A stretch of 64,000 nucleotides of DNA, taken from positions 52,948,001-53,012,000 of the forward strand of contig OZ024747.1 in NCBI GenBank assembly GCA_964016885.1. The letters are read 5' to 3'. Below, in pieces: positions 25,622 through 36,250 of the stretch. This DNA is from Eledone cirrhosa (taxonomy: Eukaryota). The notes beneath the pieces were generated by a model. The model saw nothing but the letters and a program-made list of their open reading frames with translations, made no database searches and was not told where the DNA came from. Positions within the stretch are counted from its first letter, which is position 1. Each line of letters begins with the position of its first letter. Both the position numbers and the translations under genes were made by a program.

Positions 25622-27552
25622 TTTGGTGTTGAAAGTGAAGAAAGAAAAGCACCTACCTCTCCGGGCTGTGTAATTTCCATGGCGTCAGGTGTGTTGGGTG
25701 GAGGGATGTTTTGTGGTGGTGTGGGGGTGCCCGAGTGTGGTGGGGTTGGGGTGTTTGGAGTTGTGTCAGGGAGAGGGGAGGTTATGGGGAAATCTTTCAA
25801 GAGGACGCGATTTAACGGTTTTAAACAGGGGGGGGGGGCTCACGTCCTGTCTAAATTGTTCTTTTAAGGAACGATAAAGGTCCAGAGGGACCTTTATCAT
25901 TTTTAAATGGGTGAAGTTCTCTGTTGAGATAAAGTTTGGCCCTTCGGTCTGCACCAAAGGGCTATTGTTTATTAATTTAAACAGTTTTTTGTTTTCTTTA
26001 TTTATATATGTGTATTGCAATGTCTTTTTTTGTGATGCTGTCAATGTTTCGGAGAGGGGAGGCGCAGATTTATTTTTGTTTGTTGAGGGTGGGGTGTTTT
26101 TCATTGGAGTTGGTGTTTGTGTGTGGGTTATTTGTGGTGTGCTGGGTGTGTGCTTTCTTTTTTTTCTTTTAACTTGTCTGAAGGCTTCTCCTCCTTCTTC
26201 TTCAGAAGTTGGGGGAAACTCTTCAGCGCTAGGTGGGAGGGACGTCGTGTCTGGTTGTTTTTTTTTTGCGGGAGGGGTAGATTTGTTGCTGTTTTTTTTA
26301 TTATTTGTTTGGAATGCGTTTTGTGGTGGTGGTGGTGCTGTTTGTGTCGTGCTTGTGGTTGGTAATGGTGGTGGTGGTGTTTGTGTTGGTGATGGTGGTG
26401 GTGATTTTTGTGTCGTGTTTGTGTTGGTGCTGGTGGTGGTGATGTTTGTGTCGTGCTTGTGGTTGGTAATGGTGGTGGTGGTGTTTGTGTTGGTGATGGT
26501 GGTGGTGATTTTTGTGTCGTGCTTGTGATTGGTGCTGGTGGTGGTGATGTTTGTGTTGTGCTTGGTGGTGTTTGTATTTTGTTTGCTGTGTGTGGTATTA
26601 GTGTATTTTTGGAGGTGGGTGGTGTTGGTGTACTGTTTGTGGTGGGTGTGGGCAATAGTCCTTTTTGAGGGATACGTTTCGGGCAGTTAGCCTTAATGTG
26701 TCCCCTTTCCATGCATAAATAGCATGCTGGTCTTCTCCCCTCTACAATTATATCTATTGGGGTGAGCTCATCCAGCCAGATGCGATCCGAGATTTGTGCT
26801 ATTCTTTCGGGCCTCATTTGGACTAGTAGGTCGAGGCCCATTCCCAGGAACGCATCTCCGGATGCCTTCCCCATTGACAGCACTGTGTCCTCGCCCATGT
26901 CTATGAAGCCAGCAATAGCCCACCAGAAGTCCATTGTGGGCAGCATTGTTTGTATTTTTACTCTCTGTGTTCTTCTACCCATGTAGGAGGGATAGAAGCT
27001 GTATGTTGTCGATGAGAGTGGGCTTAGGGAAAGCTTCTGCGCCGTTTCCTTGTCTTTTGTTAAGACCGAAATGCTGCCATAGAGTCGGTCCTTTCGTATG
27101 AAGAGAATATTCTTCATATAGTCTTTTAGGACCAACTCTATCTCCATTTGGCTGGGCTGTGCTCACTTTCTTGTTTGGTTTAGGATTGTTCTGAAGAGAA
27201 CTGTGTTCTCTGTTCTCGCTTTCTTGAATTCTGGGGGGGAGTTAATGGAAAACATTCCGTTCTCCCCCAAAACAATGTGTTTCTTTGCTTCGGCCAGTTT
27301 TTCTCTGGCGGCAGTTAGGTCAATTGGTGTGTATGTAATGGATTGTTTTGTTTTCTGGGCGAAAGTTGCCCTGTTGTTATTTGTATTATTTTCTGTTTGT
27401 TTGTTTTCCGTTTGCTCATTTTCCTTAACATTTGTTTTTTCATTTTCTTTGTTTGTTTCGTTGTCTAATTTTGTTGTAATTATTTTTTGTTCTTCAGACT
27501 TGGGGGGCGTGGCAGAGCTAATGGCAGACATGTCTGCCATCTTTTCCGCCAT
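25618..27552 (-). pseudogene. Tx1 ORF1 (gag-like nucleic-acid-binding protein with CCHC zinc knuckle and Pro/Thr-rich tail), interrupted
   Basis: ATG at 27552; in-frame TGA at 27163-27165; CYLCMERGHIKANC knuckle; 1-nt loss in a tandem repeat near 26422; frameshift at the G-run ~25828-25838. Confidence 0.8.
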
Positions 27553-27865
27553 GCTGCCAAGAAAGAAATTTTTCGGCAAAAATAGATATTTATTTTACCC
27601 CCTAAAAAGGGGGTAAATGCAAAAATGTTTCCCTAAATAACAGGGGTTAGTGTTCCAAATGTGTTGCACTAAAAAATTTATCCGGTACTTACAATAGTAA
27701 GGGTAAATCCCGATGGAATAGCGGAGCCGATGTGAAGCGTGTCTTACTCTATCAAGATAGATAGATAGATAGATAGATAGATTGATTGATGGATGGATGG
27801 ATAGATAGATGGGTGGAATTCAATATGCGTGTATATGTATATTAATATGTATATGTATGTATGTA

Positions 27866-28610
27866 TGTTTTCTTTGTACCAATCTCAGAATACGGCTGCC
27901 TACATCATAAACCGACTTTTTAAGGGTCGGCTAATCCTCACCAATATCTGCATCATTCATTTCTTCTCGCAATGTCCTCTTCAGACTATTATCCCTAAGA
28001 CGAGCAACATTTAGTATTTTAGGCAGGGTAACACCAGCAGCCCGGATTTTAAGTTTGGTAGTTAATTTCATTTTTGCACGTATCAGGCGGTGGTCCTCCG
28101 CCCAACACTCAGCTCGTGAAGAACACGATCACACTGCACATCCCGTCTGTCACGCAACCTGACAAGGATCTGATCCAGAAGATGCCATCTTTAGATGCAG
28201 GGTGCATCCACGTTGACTTAAATTTGTTCTTTTGCTGGATCATGGTGTTGGTAACACACAGATTCAGCTCTCCATACATCTGCAGCAGGAGCATACCATT
28301 GCAACATAAAGTGAGACCAGTGGTTGACAACCAGGCTGTTGTCGGAGATGCTACGCATCATACCTGTCAAGCATGTGGAAAAGAATATAGATCAGCAGGA
28401 GGGCTCAAACGACATACAAAAGTACATGAAGTCCAACCACAACCGGCTATTGCCAGTGAATGTTTTAGTTGCCAACTCTGTGCAAGACATTTTAGATCAT
28501 TCGCTGGGCTAAAAATCCACATTCGATCGCAGCACCGTAAATTATTAATATATACGTGTGATTTTTTTTTTCGTACAATGGTCATACTTGATAACGAGGG
28601 GGCAGCCATC
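27866..28610 (+). mobile_element. Truncated RTE copy with inverted 5' segment
   Basis: 27866-28303 matches 32746-33183 (EN/linker, antisense). 28304-28610 is the sense 3' end with two C2H2 fingers and the 3'UTR, followed by (ATGT)n. Confidence 0.88.
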
Positions 28611-28837
28611 ATGTATGTATGTATGTATGTATGTATGTATGTATGTATGTATGTATGTATGTATGTATGTATGTATGTATGTATGTATGAGTATATATGC
28701 ATTCATGCATGATTCGGAGGTACCTAGTTCATAGGCCGCTTCCGAATAAAAGATTTTCTGTAGTTTTTTTTCCTATTTTCTCTACTTGTACCCTCTCGGA
28801 TTGTGTTTACTATTAATCTTTTATTGTGCAACTATTA

Positions 28838-28909
28838 TGCAATATACACCTGATGATGTTGCCAGGATTCTACGTAATCTGGCTACTGAAATATCATAAA
28901 GTGTTTGCA
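28838..28909 (+). ncRNA. Type-I hammerhead-like motif in a Penelope-like terminus
   Basis: acac-CTGATGA-(gccag/ctggc stem II)-GAAA-tatcata-aagtgt; same architecture as 52780-52858. Confidence 0.55.
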
Positions 28910-29304
28910 ACAATAAAACGTTGAAGGAAATTCACCAACCGGCCCCCTGTCATTTTATTCAATAATACCCCCCCCCCAATCAATGCAATTATATATATAT
29001 ATATATATATATATAAAGAGGCGGGACCCGACGGCTGAGATGTTGTTACAACAGCTGTTTCCAGACTATATATACTATAGTATTTATCAATGCTCATACA
29101 CGTAATATGTATTACGCTACCATGGGTTTCATAGGCTAGTTACTATGCTCAACATAACAGTCTGTGAATAAACACACACACACACACACATATATACATA
29201 TATATACGTAATTAAATATATATATATATACAGATACGTGTTCTTGACAATGTGTGTCTGTGTGTGTGAATATGTGTGTGTGTGCTTGTCTTTCGTTATA
29301 ATAT

Positions 29305-29901
29305 GTCTAGTCTGATGTACATGTGCGGCTTCTATGGAACTATGCAGAACAACTGCTGTCGCGTATAGGACAAATCCAGTTGACTGCCGAGTCCATAGTA
29401 AGGATCAAACCGCCATCTTCTTTCAAAAACGGTTTTCCTCTGTACGGTGGCTATGGTGAAAGAGGTTATATGGTGGAGGAGATTGAAAGGACTGAGGACA
29501 GATGCCTTTCTCTCCGGACAACAATAAATTCCCTTCTTTAAGTATCTCTTTAGAAGGAGAATCAGAGTGGAGAGAGGGAGGCACTGCACCCCAGTATATT
29601 TACTGAAAGGTGGGTGAATGTAGCAAAAATGGCCCGAGTGATTGGGTCTTCTCTGTATATAAACCTGTAGGTTAAAGTAGAGAGCAAAAGGAAGAAAGTA
29701 GCACATGCACAACACGCTCCTGAAGTTGAGGGTTGTTCTATCGACGGGGTATTAAACAACCCATTTGTGGCGGTTCACCCCTATTGGGGATTTCGATTGT
29801 TATAATTGTTTGTTTTATATTTTTTACACGACTGTATATAAAATCCCCGGCATGTGTCTTTGAATTGTCCCCTTTTCTTGTGCGCCCTTGTGGCAAATAA
29901 A
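29305..29901 (+). mobile_element. 5'-truncated Tx1-like LINE copy
   Basis: LWNYAEQLLSRIGQIQLTAESIVRIKPP matches ORF2 LWGYVERLLSRVAPIRLTAESVVNIKPP; ends ggcaaataaa directly into (TCTA)n. Confidence 0.9.
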
Positions 29902-29907
29902 TCTATC

Positions 29908-29938
<31 letters not shown>

Positions 29939-30061
29939 TTATCTATCTACCTATCTATTTATCTATCTATCGATCTACCTACCTACCTACCTACCTACCT
30001 ACCTACCTACCTACCTATCTATCTATCTATTTCCCGTTCTCTTTCTCTATACTCACACACA

Positions 30062-30103
30062 TATGATGGCTGCCCCCTCGTTATCGAGTATGGCCATTGC
30101 ACA

Positions 30104-30190
<87 letters not shown>

Positions 30191-30269
30191 GCAATAATAA
30201 TAATAACGACAACAACAATAATAATATACATATTCATATATATATACACACACACGCACGCACATAAGC

Positions 30270-30309
<40 letters not shown>

Positions 30310-33300
30310 GATAGCAACTAACAGTGCTGCGATCGAATGTGGCTTTTTAGCCCAGCCAATGATCCAAAATGTCTTGCACAGAGTCGGCAACCAAAACATT
30401 TACTGGGAATAGTCGGCTGTGGTTGGAGTTCGTGTACTTTTGCATGTCGCTTGAGTCCTCCTGCTGATTTACATTCTCTACCACATGTTTGGCAAGCATG
30501 ATGAGTAGCATCTCCAACAGCAGCCTGGTAGTCAACCACTGGTCTTACTTTATGACTGCGAAGATGACTTTCGAGTCCAGCTTTGCTTAGGCAGAGTCTC
30601 GCACAGACGCTGCATGTCAGAAACATAGGAGGACCCTCGCCGTCTGGAAGTGCAACAGCAATACCCTTCCTCACGTCCCGCTTTACTTTCTCGTGTGCGA
30701 TTCGAGATGCCTCAAAGGCAACTTTTCCCTCATATACAGTCTTTCTCCATTTATTACGATCAGCAGCAATATTTTCCCATGTATCAGCAGAGATGTTAGC
30801 GTCTTTCAGAGAGGCCTTCAAGGAATCCTTATACCTCTTTTTTGGTTTATGTGGCGGTCGTTTTCCTTTAACCAACTCTCCATAGAAGAGTTGTTTTGGT
30901 ATTCTAGAATCCTTCATCCTGGCAAGGTGACCACTCCAACGGAGTCGCTGCTTAAGCACAAGAGCTTCTATACTGTCACACATAGAGCTTTCCAAAATCT
31001 CGACATCACTGATGTGGTCCCTCCAGCGAACGCCATGTATCCGTCTGAGACACATCTGATGGAAACGCTCCAATTGCTTAAGGTGGCGTCGATATGTGAC
31101 CCAGGTCTCGCAGGCATAAAGAAGACAAGAGAGTACACATGCCCTGTACACCTTTACCTTTGTCCTCCTGCATATGTCTCGCCGACCCCAGAGTCGCCTT
31201 TCTAGCTTTCCGAAAGCATCACTTGCTTTCCTAATCCTAAGTGAGATTTCACTGTCAAGGTTGCCGTATCGATTGACAGTGCTTCCCAGGTAGACAAACT
31301 GATCAACCACTCCAAGTCGTCTGCCATACACATAGATGTTTGGTTCAGTGTACTGCCTACCAGGTGCAGGTTGGTACATGACGACGGTTTTCTTGAGACT
31401 GACAGTCAAACCCAGGGCAGTGCAAGCGTCAGAAAATACATTCAAAATGTGCTGCATATCACTCTCTGTGTGCGCTACAAGATCGCAATCATCTGCATAC
31501 AAGAGGTCTCTTATGACTGATGTAAATACTTTTGTCTTCGCAGCAAAGCGCCTGATGTTAAATATGCTGCCTGAGGTTCGATATCGGATGTAAACACCAT
31601 GCTCGCAATTCCTGAATGCAATACAGAAAACCATTGCAAAGTATATGGCAAACAGGGTCGGTGCTGGAATATCCCCCTGTTTCACTCCATTTTTTACTGA
31701 GATAGGCTCCGACATGTTACCTCCGACATTAACCCAAGCCTTCATGTCGTCATGGAAAGACCTAACTAAAGCAAGGAACTTATCAGGGCAACCAAGTTTC
31801 TGGAGAACCTTCCATAATGCATCTCTGTTGACAGTATCGAAAGCCTTTGTCAGATCGACAAAAACCTGATACAGATCCAAGCCCTGTTCAATGCACTTCT
31901 CCTGGAGCTGTCTAGCTGAGAAGATCATATCAGTAGTGCCGCGTCCAACACGAAAACCAGATTGACTTTCAGGAAGGACACAATCTGCAATGTGTGTCAG
32001 CAGACGGTCCAGAAGCACCCTACATAAAACTTTCCCCACGACAGAAAGCAATGATATACCTCTGTAGTTCCCACAATCATTCCTGTTACCCTTTCCCTTG
32101 TACAAGACCACCATTACTGTATCTCTCCAGTCCTCAGGCACGGATTCATTAGCCCATATCCCTCCAAACAGAGAGTGAAGATGTTGCAGGAGTCTCTCAC
32201 CACCATATTGTAGGAGCTCAGCATGTATGCCATCCATACCTGGAGATCTTCCACTGTTCAGCTTCGAAATAGCCACTGCAACCTCCACAAGTGTCGGAGG
32301 CTCTGCGAGAGCTACTTTCACAGGACTTTCCGGAATGAGATTGAGGAAATCTTCACTGACGACAGACGGCTGATTCAAAAGATCATCAAAGTGCTCCCGC
32401 CACCTTCGTAGAATTCCCTGTGAGTCACGAAGAAGTTCTTTGCCATCCTTGCTGCGAATCGGTGTCACCAGAGAAGAAGACGGTCCATAAACCTCACGCA
32501 AGAGACTGTACAACAGCTTTGTGTTATTGCAATCAGACGCAGTTTGTATCTCACCAGCCTTCTCACTCCACCACTGATCCTTCATCTGAGAAAGACTCCG
32601 CCTAACACGTGATTTTACATCCCTGAGCTCCTCATGCAACGTATTCCTCTCCTGTGGTCTTGCCGTCAAGTAGCGTGACAGAGCGCGCCTCTTATCAGCC
32701 AACAAGTCATCTATATGCACATCTTTCTCATTAAACCAGTCCTGATGTTTTCTCTGCACCAATCCCAGAACACGTCTGCCTACATCATAAACCGACTTTT
32801 TAAGGGTCGGCCAATCCTCACCAAGATCTGCAGCCTGCATCTCTTCTTCCAATGTCCTCTTCACATTTTTATCCTTAAGACGAGCAGCATTCAATCTTTT
32901 GGGCAGGGTAACACCAGGAGCCCGGATTTTACGTTTGGTGATTAGATTCACTTTTGCGCGTACCAGGCGGTGGTCCGTCCAGCACTCAGCTCCACGAAGA
33001 ACACGAACACACCGCACATCCTGTCTGTCACGCATCCTGACTAGGACGTAGTCCAAAAGATGCCATTCCTTAGATGCAGGATGCATCCATGTGGTCTTGA
33101 ATTTGTTCTTTTGTTGGAACATGGTGTTGGTAACACACAGATCCAGCTCCTCACACATCTGCAGCAAGAGCATACCATTGCTGTTACACTTTCCCACCCC
33201 ATGCCTTCCGATTACATTCCATGTGTTAAAATCCCTACCCACTCTAGCATTAAAGTCACCAAGCACGATGACTTTGTCTGCCTGAGGGATATTTCTTAAA

Positions 33301-33872
33301 ACACCTTTCAAGGCATGGTAAAAGGACAGTTTTTCTTCATCGACAGAATTCATAGTTGGAGCATACACACTCACCAGGGTAGCATATCTTCCCTTGTCCA
33401 GCGGAACTCTCATGGACATAAGACGCTCACTAATCCCCACTGGGAATTCTTCCAATTTATTCACCAGTACAGTCTTAACAGCAAATCCCACCCCAGCCTC
33501 TCTTCTGGTTCCTTCATCTCTTCCTTTCCAGAAGAATGTATATTCTCCACAAAATTCCGTAAGATGACCATCTCCAGCTAACCTCGTCTCAGACAAAGCC
33601 ACGATGTCAAGATCGTAACGTCGAAGCTCCTTCGCAACAAGAGCGGTCCTTCGTTCAGGACGCTCCAAAGAATCCCTGTCAAGCAGCGTCCGTACGTTCC
33701 AGCAGCCAAGACTAAATGCCCTGTTTGGCTCTATTACAATGGCACGATGACGGGCGGGCCCAGGTTGTGATAACTTGGGGCCCCTGCCCTTATTGCCAAT
33801 GATCTTTTTTGTTCCAGAACCCAAATTGGCAATTATCTCGTTTACATTGTTCTGGAACATCATTGAATTGGG

Positions 33873-33916
<44 letters not shown>

Positions 33917-34257
33917 TAATAATAGTAATAACAATAATAATAATAATAATAATACTACACTATTAATAATTATTAATGCACTCGTGCAATGCCTGTGCGT
34001 GACGAATATTTTTAAAGTGAGGAAAGACTGTGCACTGAACCAATCCCACTCTCTGAGCGACAGTAGCTATAACCCGAAAAGAAGAAAAGATCAACATCAT
34101 CGGTAACTACTGAGCCGCAGGTTTTATATCGGAGTTAACCCAGTTTCCTGAGATGCCTTCTCCTAGAAGAATACCCTGACATGGGCTAGGGGTTCTTCAC
34201 TCCCAGTGGTTTAACTGCGCGATCGGGCATCCAGCCCGATTATTTCTATGTCCCCGC

Positions 34258-34259
<2 letters not shown>
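30062..34259 (-). mobile_element. RTE-clade LINE, ~4.2 kb, intact ORF
   Basis: Single long ORF; 5'UTR (33864-34259) similar to the non-autonomous copies; 3'UTR ends tggccatactcgataacgagggggcagccatcat. Confidence 0.93.
30318..33863 (-). CDS. RTE polyprotein: APE endonuclease + reverse transcriptase + three C2H2 zinc fingers (1181 aa)
   Basis: EN: WNVRTL, ALSETR, SVYAPT, GDFNARVG, LDYVLV, TDH. RT: YRGISLLS, QSGFR, FVDLTKAFD, GVKQG, LYADD. RTE-type LRWSGHLARMKDSRIPKQLFYGEL. Three CX2CX12HX3-4H fingers. Confidence 0.95.
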   Translation of the reverse strand: MMFQNNVNEIIANLGSGTKKIIGNKGRGPKLSQPGPARHRAIVIEPNRAFSLGCWNVRTLLDRDSLERPERRTALVAKELRRYDLDIVALSETRLAGDGHLTEFCGEYTFFWKGRDEGTRREAGVGFAVKTVLVNKLEEFPVGISERLMSMRVPLDKGRYATLVSVYAPTMNSVDEEKLSFYHALKGVLRNIPQADKVIVLGDFNARVGRDFNTWNVIGRHGVGKCNSNGMLLLQMCEELDLCVTNTMFQQKNKFKTTWMHPASKEWHLLDYVLVRMRDRQDVRCVRVLRGAECWTDHRLVRAKVNLITKRKIRAPGVTLPKRLNAARLKDKNVKRTLEEEMQAADLGEDWPTLKKSVYDVGRRVLGLVQRKHQDWFNEKDVHIDDLLADKRRALSRYLTARPQERNTLHEELRDVKSRVRRSLSQMKDQWWSEKAGEIQTASDCNNTKLLYSLLREVYGPSSSLVTPIRSKDGKELLRDSQGILRRWREHFDDLLNQPSVVSEDFLNLIPESPVKVALAEPPTLVEVAVAISKLNSGRSPGMDGIHAELLQYGGERLLQHLHSLFGGIWANESVPEDWRDTVMVVLYKGKGNRNDCGNYRGISLLSVVGKVLCRVLLDRLLTHIADCVLPESQSGFRVGRGTTDMIFSARQLQEKCIEQGLDLYQVFVDLTKAFDTVNRDALWKVLQKLGCPDKFLALVRSFHDDMKAWVNVGGNMSEPISVKNGVKQGDIPAPTLFAIYFAMVFCIAFRNCEHGVYIRYRTSGSIFNIRRFAAKTKVFTSVIRDLLYADDCDLVAHTESDMQHILNVFSDACTALGLTVSLKKTVVMYQPAPGRQYTEPNIYVYGRRLGVVDQFVYLGSTVNRYGNLDSEISLRIRKASDAFGKLERRLWGRRDICRRTKVKVYRACVLSCLLYACETWVTYRRHLKQLERFHQMCLRRIHGVRWRDHISDVEILESSMCDSIEALVLKQRLRWSGHLARMKDSRIPKQLFYGELVKGKRPPHKPKKRYKDSLKASLKDANISADTWENIAADRNKWRKTVYEGKVAFEASRIAHEKVKRDVRKGIAVALPDGEGPPMFLTCSVCARLCLSKAGLESHLRSHKVRPVVDYQAAVGDATHHACQTCGRECKSAGGLKRHAKVHELQPQPTIPSKCFGCRLCARHFGSLAGLKSHIRSQHC

Positions 34260-34296
<37 letters not shown>

Positions 34297-34643
34297 ATAT
34301 ATATATACATACATACATACAACCATGTATACACTCATATGTAATCTACACACACCACACAGGTTTGTGTTTATACACCCTGCAGGCATGTTCAGCAATA
34401 AGTATTAAACAGAAGCAAGAAGACATTGTTTCTTAAATTTATTGAATAGTTTTTCGTTGGTTTTTCTGTTTGTTGTTAAAAGAAAACAAGAGAGGAAGAA
34501 GGGGAGGTAAGGGAGGGGTTGTGGAAATGAGGAAGGGGAGGAGTAGTGGAATGGAGAAAGGAAAGTGAGAGGCAGAAAGGGGAGTAAGAGGAGAGCGTAT
34601 AACAATTTTGACCATCAGTGAAACATTAAAATCATAATTGGCT

Positions 34644-34694
<51 letters not shown>

Positions 34695-34698
<4 letters not shown>

Positions 34699-35185
34699 CT
34701 GAGTTTTTCGAATATTAATAATAACATTCGATTCGTTTGCAATTATAGAAACAAGCCTCAATTTTATAGCCATGACAGTTGAATGAACACTTCATTCTTG
34801 CTCTTGTGTTGGCATGTGAACAGAACTGCAGACACTAATGTTTCTGGGTATCACCCTTCATCAGTACAGCTCACTGTTCACCTGCTAATATGCAGATCTG
34901 ACTGATAAGCCAGTCTGCTAATATGCAAATCAGGCCGATCAGTTACTGTGTAATTTTGAAAATAGCATATATTTTCACTAGCTCTGACAGTTTGGCAGGT
35001 GAACAGTGAGCTGTACTGATGAAGGGTGATACCCAGAAACATTAGTGCCTGCAGTTCTGTTCGCATGCCAACACAAGAGCAAGAATGAAGTGTTCATTCT
35101 ACTGACATGGCTATAACATTGGGGCTTGTTTGCATAATTGCAAACGAATCGAATGTTATTATTAATATTCGAAAAACTCAGATTA
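34695..35185. mobile_element. Penelope-like terminus as an inverted repeat (arms 34695-34885 and 34995-35185); third diverged copy at ~35340-35510
   Basis: ~190-bp near-complementary arms, each carrying a hammerhead core; the left arm starts at (TA)n. Confidence 0.75.
34823..34872 (-). ncRNA. Type-I hammerhead ribozyme with GUC cleavage triplet
   Basis: GAGCTGTA-CTGATGA-aGGGTgatACCCa-GAAACA-ttag-TGTC-TGCAGTTC: 8-bp stem I, stems II and III present; A.A at the base of stem II is non-canonical. Confidence 0.8.
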
Positions 35186-35761
35186 CATTTATTGTATTCA
35201 GCCACACCACTACACCACTACACCACTACACCACCACACCACTACATTATATATATAACTCGCTCGGTATGCGAATGAGGCTACTCAGCCGATGTGTACT
35301 TAAGAAAATATTAAATATTTTCAACCGTTCAACGCATTGGCAGAGAGTTATACATTCCTGATGAAGGGTAATGACACAGAAACATGTTGATTGTTCCTCA
35401 AAGCCAGTGTTTAACAAACAGGTGACGATCGGTCATCGGCATGGCACAGCTTCTAATCGGGCTCATTTGTTTACAAACGAATCGAATATTATTATTAATG
35501 TTCGATATAACCCATACGTACATATGTATGTGTATAAATGTGTGTGTGTATATATATATATGTGTATGTGTGTATGTGTCTATGTATGTATATATATGTA
35601 TATACGTATGGATGCGAGCATGTATTTTTATTTTTATCTATACGTGCATGTATGTATATCTGAATCTTTGTGTACATGTGTTTTTTCAGTTATTTTATTT
35701 CAGCCTCACTTTCATGTTTAATAGATATTAATTTCAACTCTTATATCCATAACTTAAATAT

Positions 35762-35831
35762 TTCATCTGATGAACGGACTGGACGTTTCTGTCAAGATCG
35801 CCTAGTTTCCTGAAACCTTTGGTAACTGAAT
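35762..35831 (+). ncRNA. Type-I hammerhead ribozyme motif
   Basis: ttcat-CTGATGA-(ggactgg/ctagttt)-GAAACC-ttt-GGTA-actgaa; ends shortly before (TA)n. Confidence 0.6.
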
Positions 35832-35844
35832 TATTTTTATTATG

Positions 35845-35892
<48 letters not shown>

Positions 35893-35994
35893 GATAATAT
35901 ATCGTATATTTACTCCAAATACTTGTCGAGTGCTTTATATCAGTTATAAAAATATTTGCTTGTTGTATCCCAACAATTTAAATAGAACTTTTGC

Positions 35995-36046
<52 letters not shown>

Positions 36047-36207
36047 TAGATAGATATATATAGATATCAGTATGCAGATTACAGTTGAGAGAAAAAAGTA
36101 CACAATACCGAAGCAGAGTTTAAGTATTTATTTTAATAAGGCTAAATAGTGAGTTTATTACAGGTTCATCAGACACGAACAGGATCATACGTACACATGT
36201 ATGTATG

Positions 36208-36243
<36 letters not shown>

Positions 36244-36250
36244 TATATAT

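Larger units (their letters stand above)
21954..27755 (-). mobile_element. Near full-length Tx1 (L1-clade) non-LTR retrotransposon, ~5.8 kb, inserted in (GATA)n
   Basis: 5'UTR, ORF1, ORF2 and a 3'UTR ending in AATAAA; (GATA)n in the same orientation at both ends (21905-21953 and 27756-27780). Confidence 0.93.

Noticed and set aside
22090-33581. Plus-strand ORFs overlapping the two LINEs
   Set aside because: Antisense shadows of the LINE ORFs with no independent motifs.
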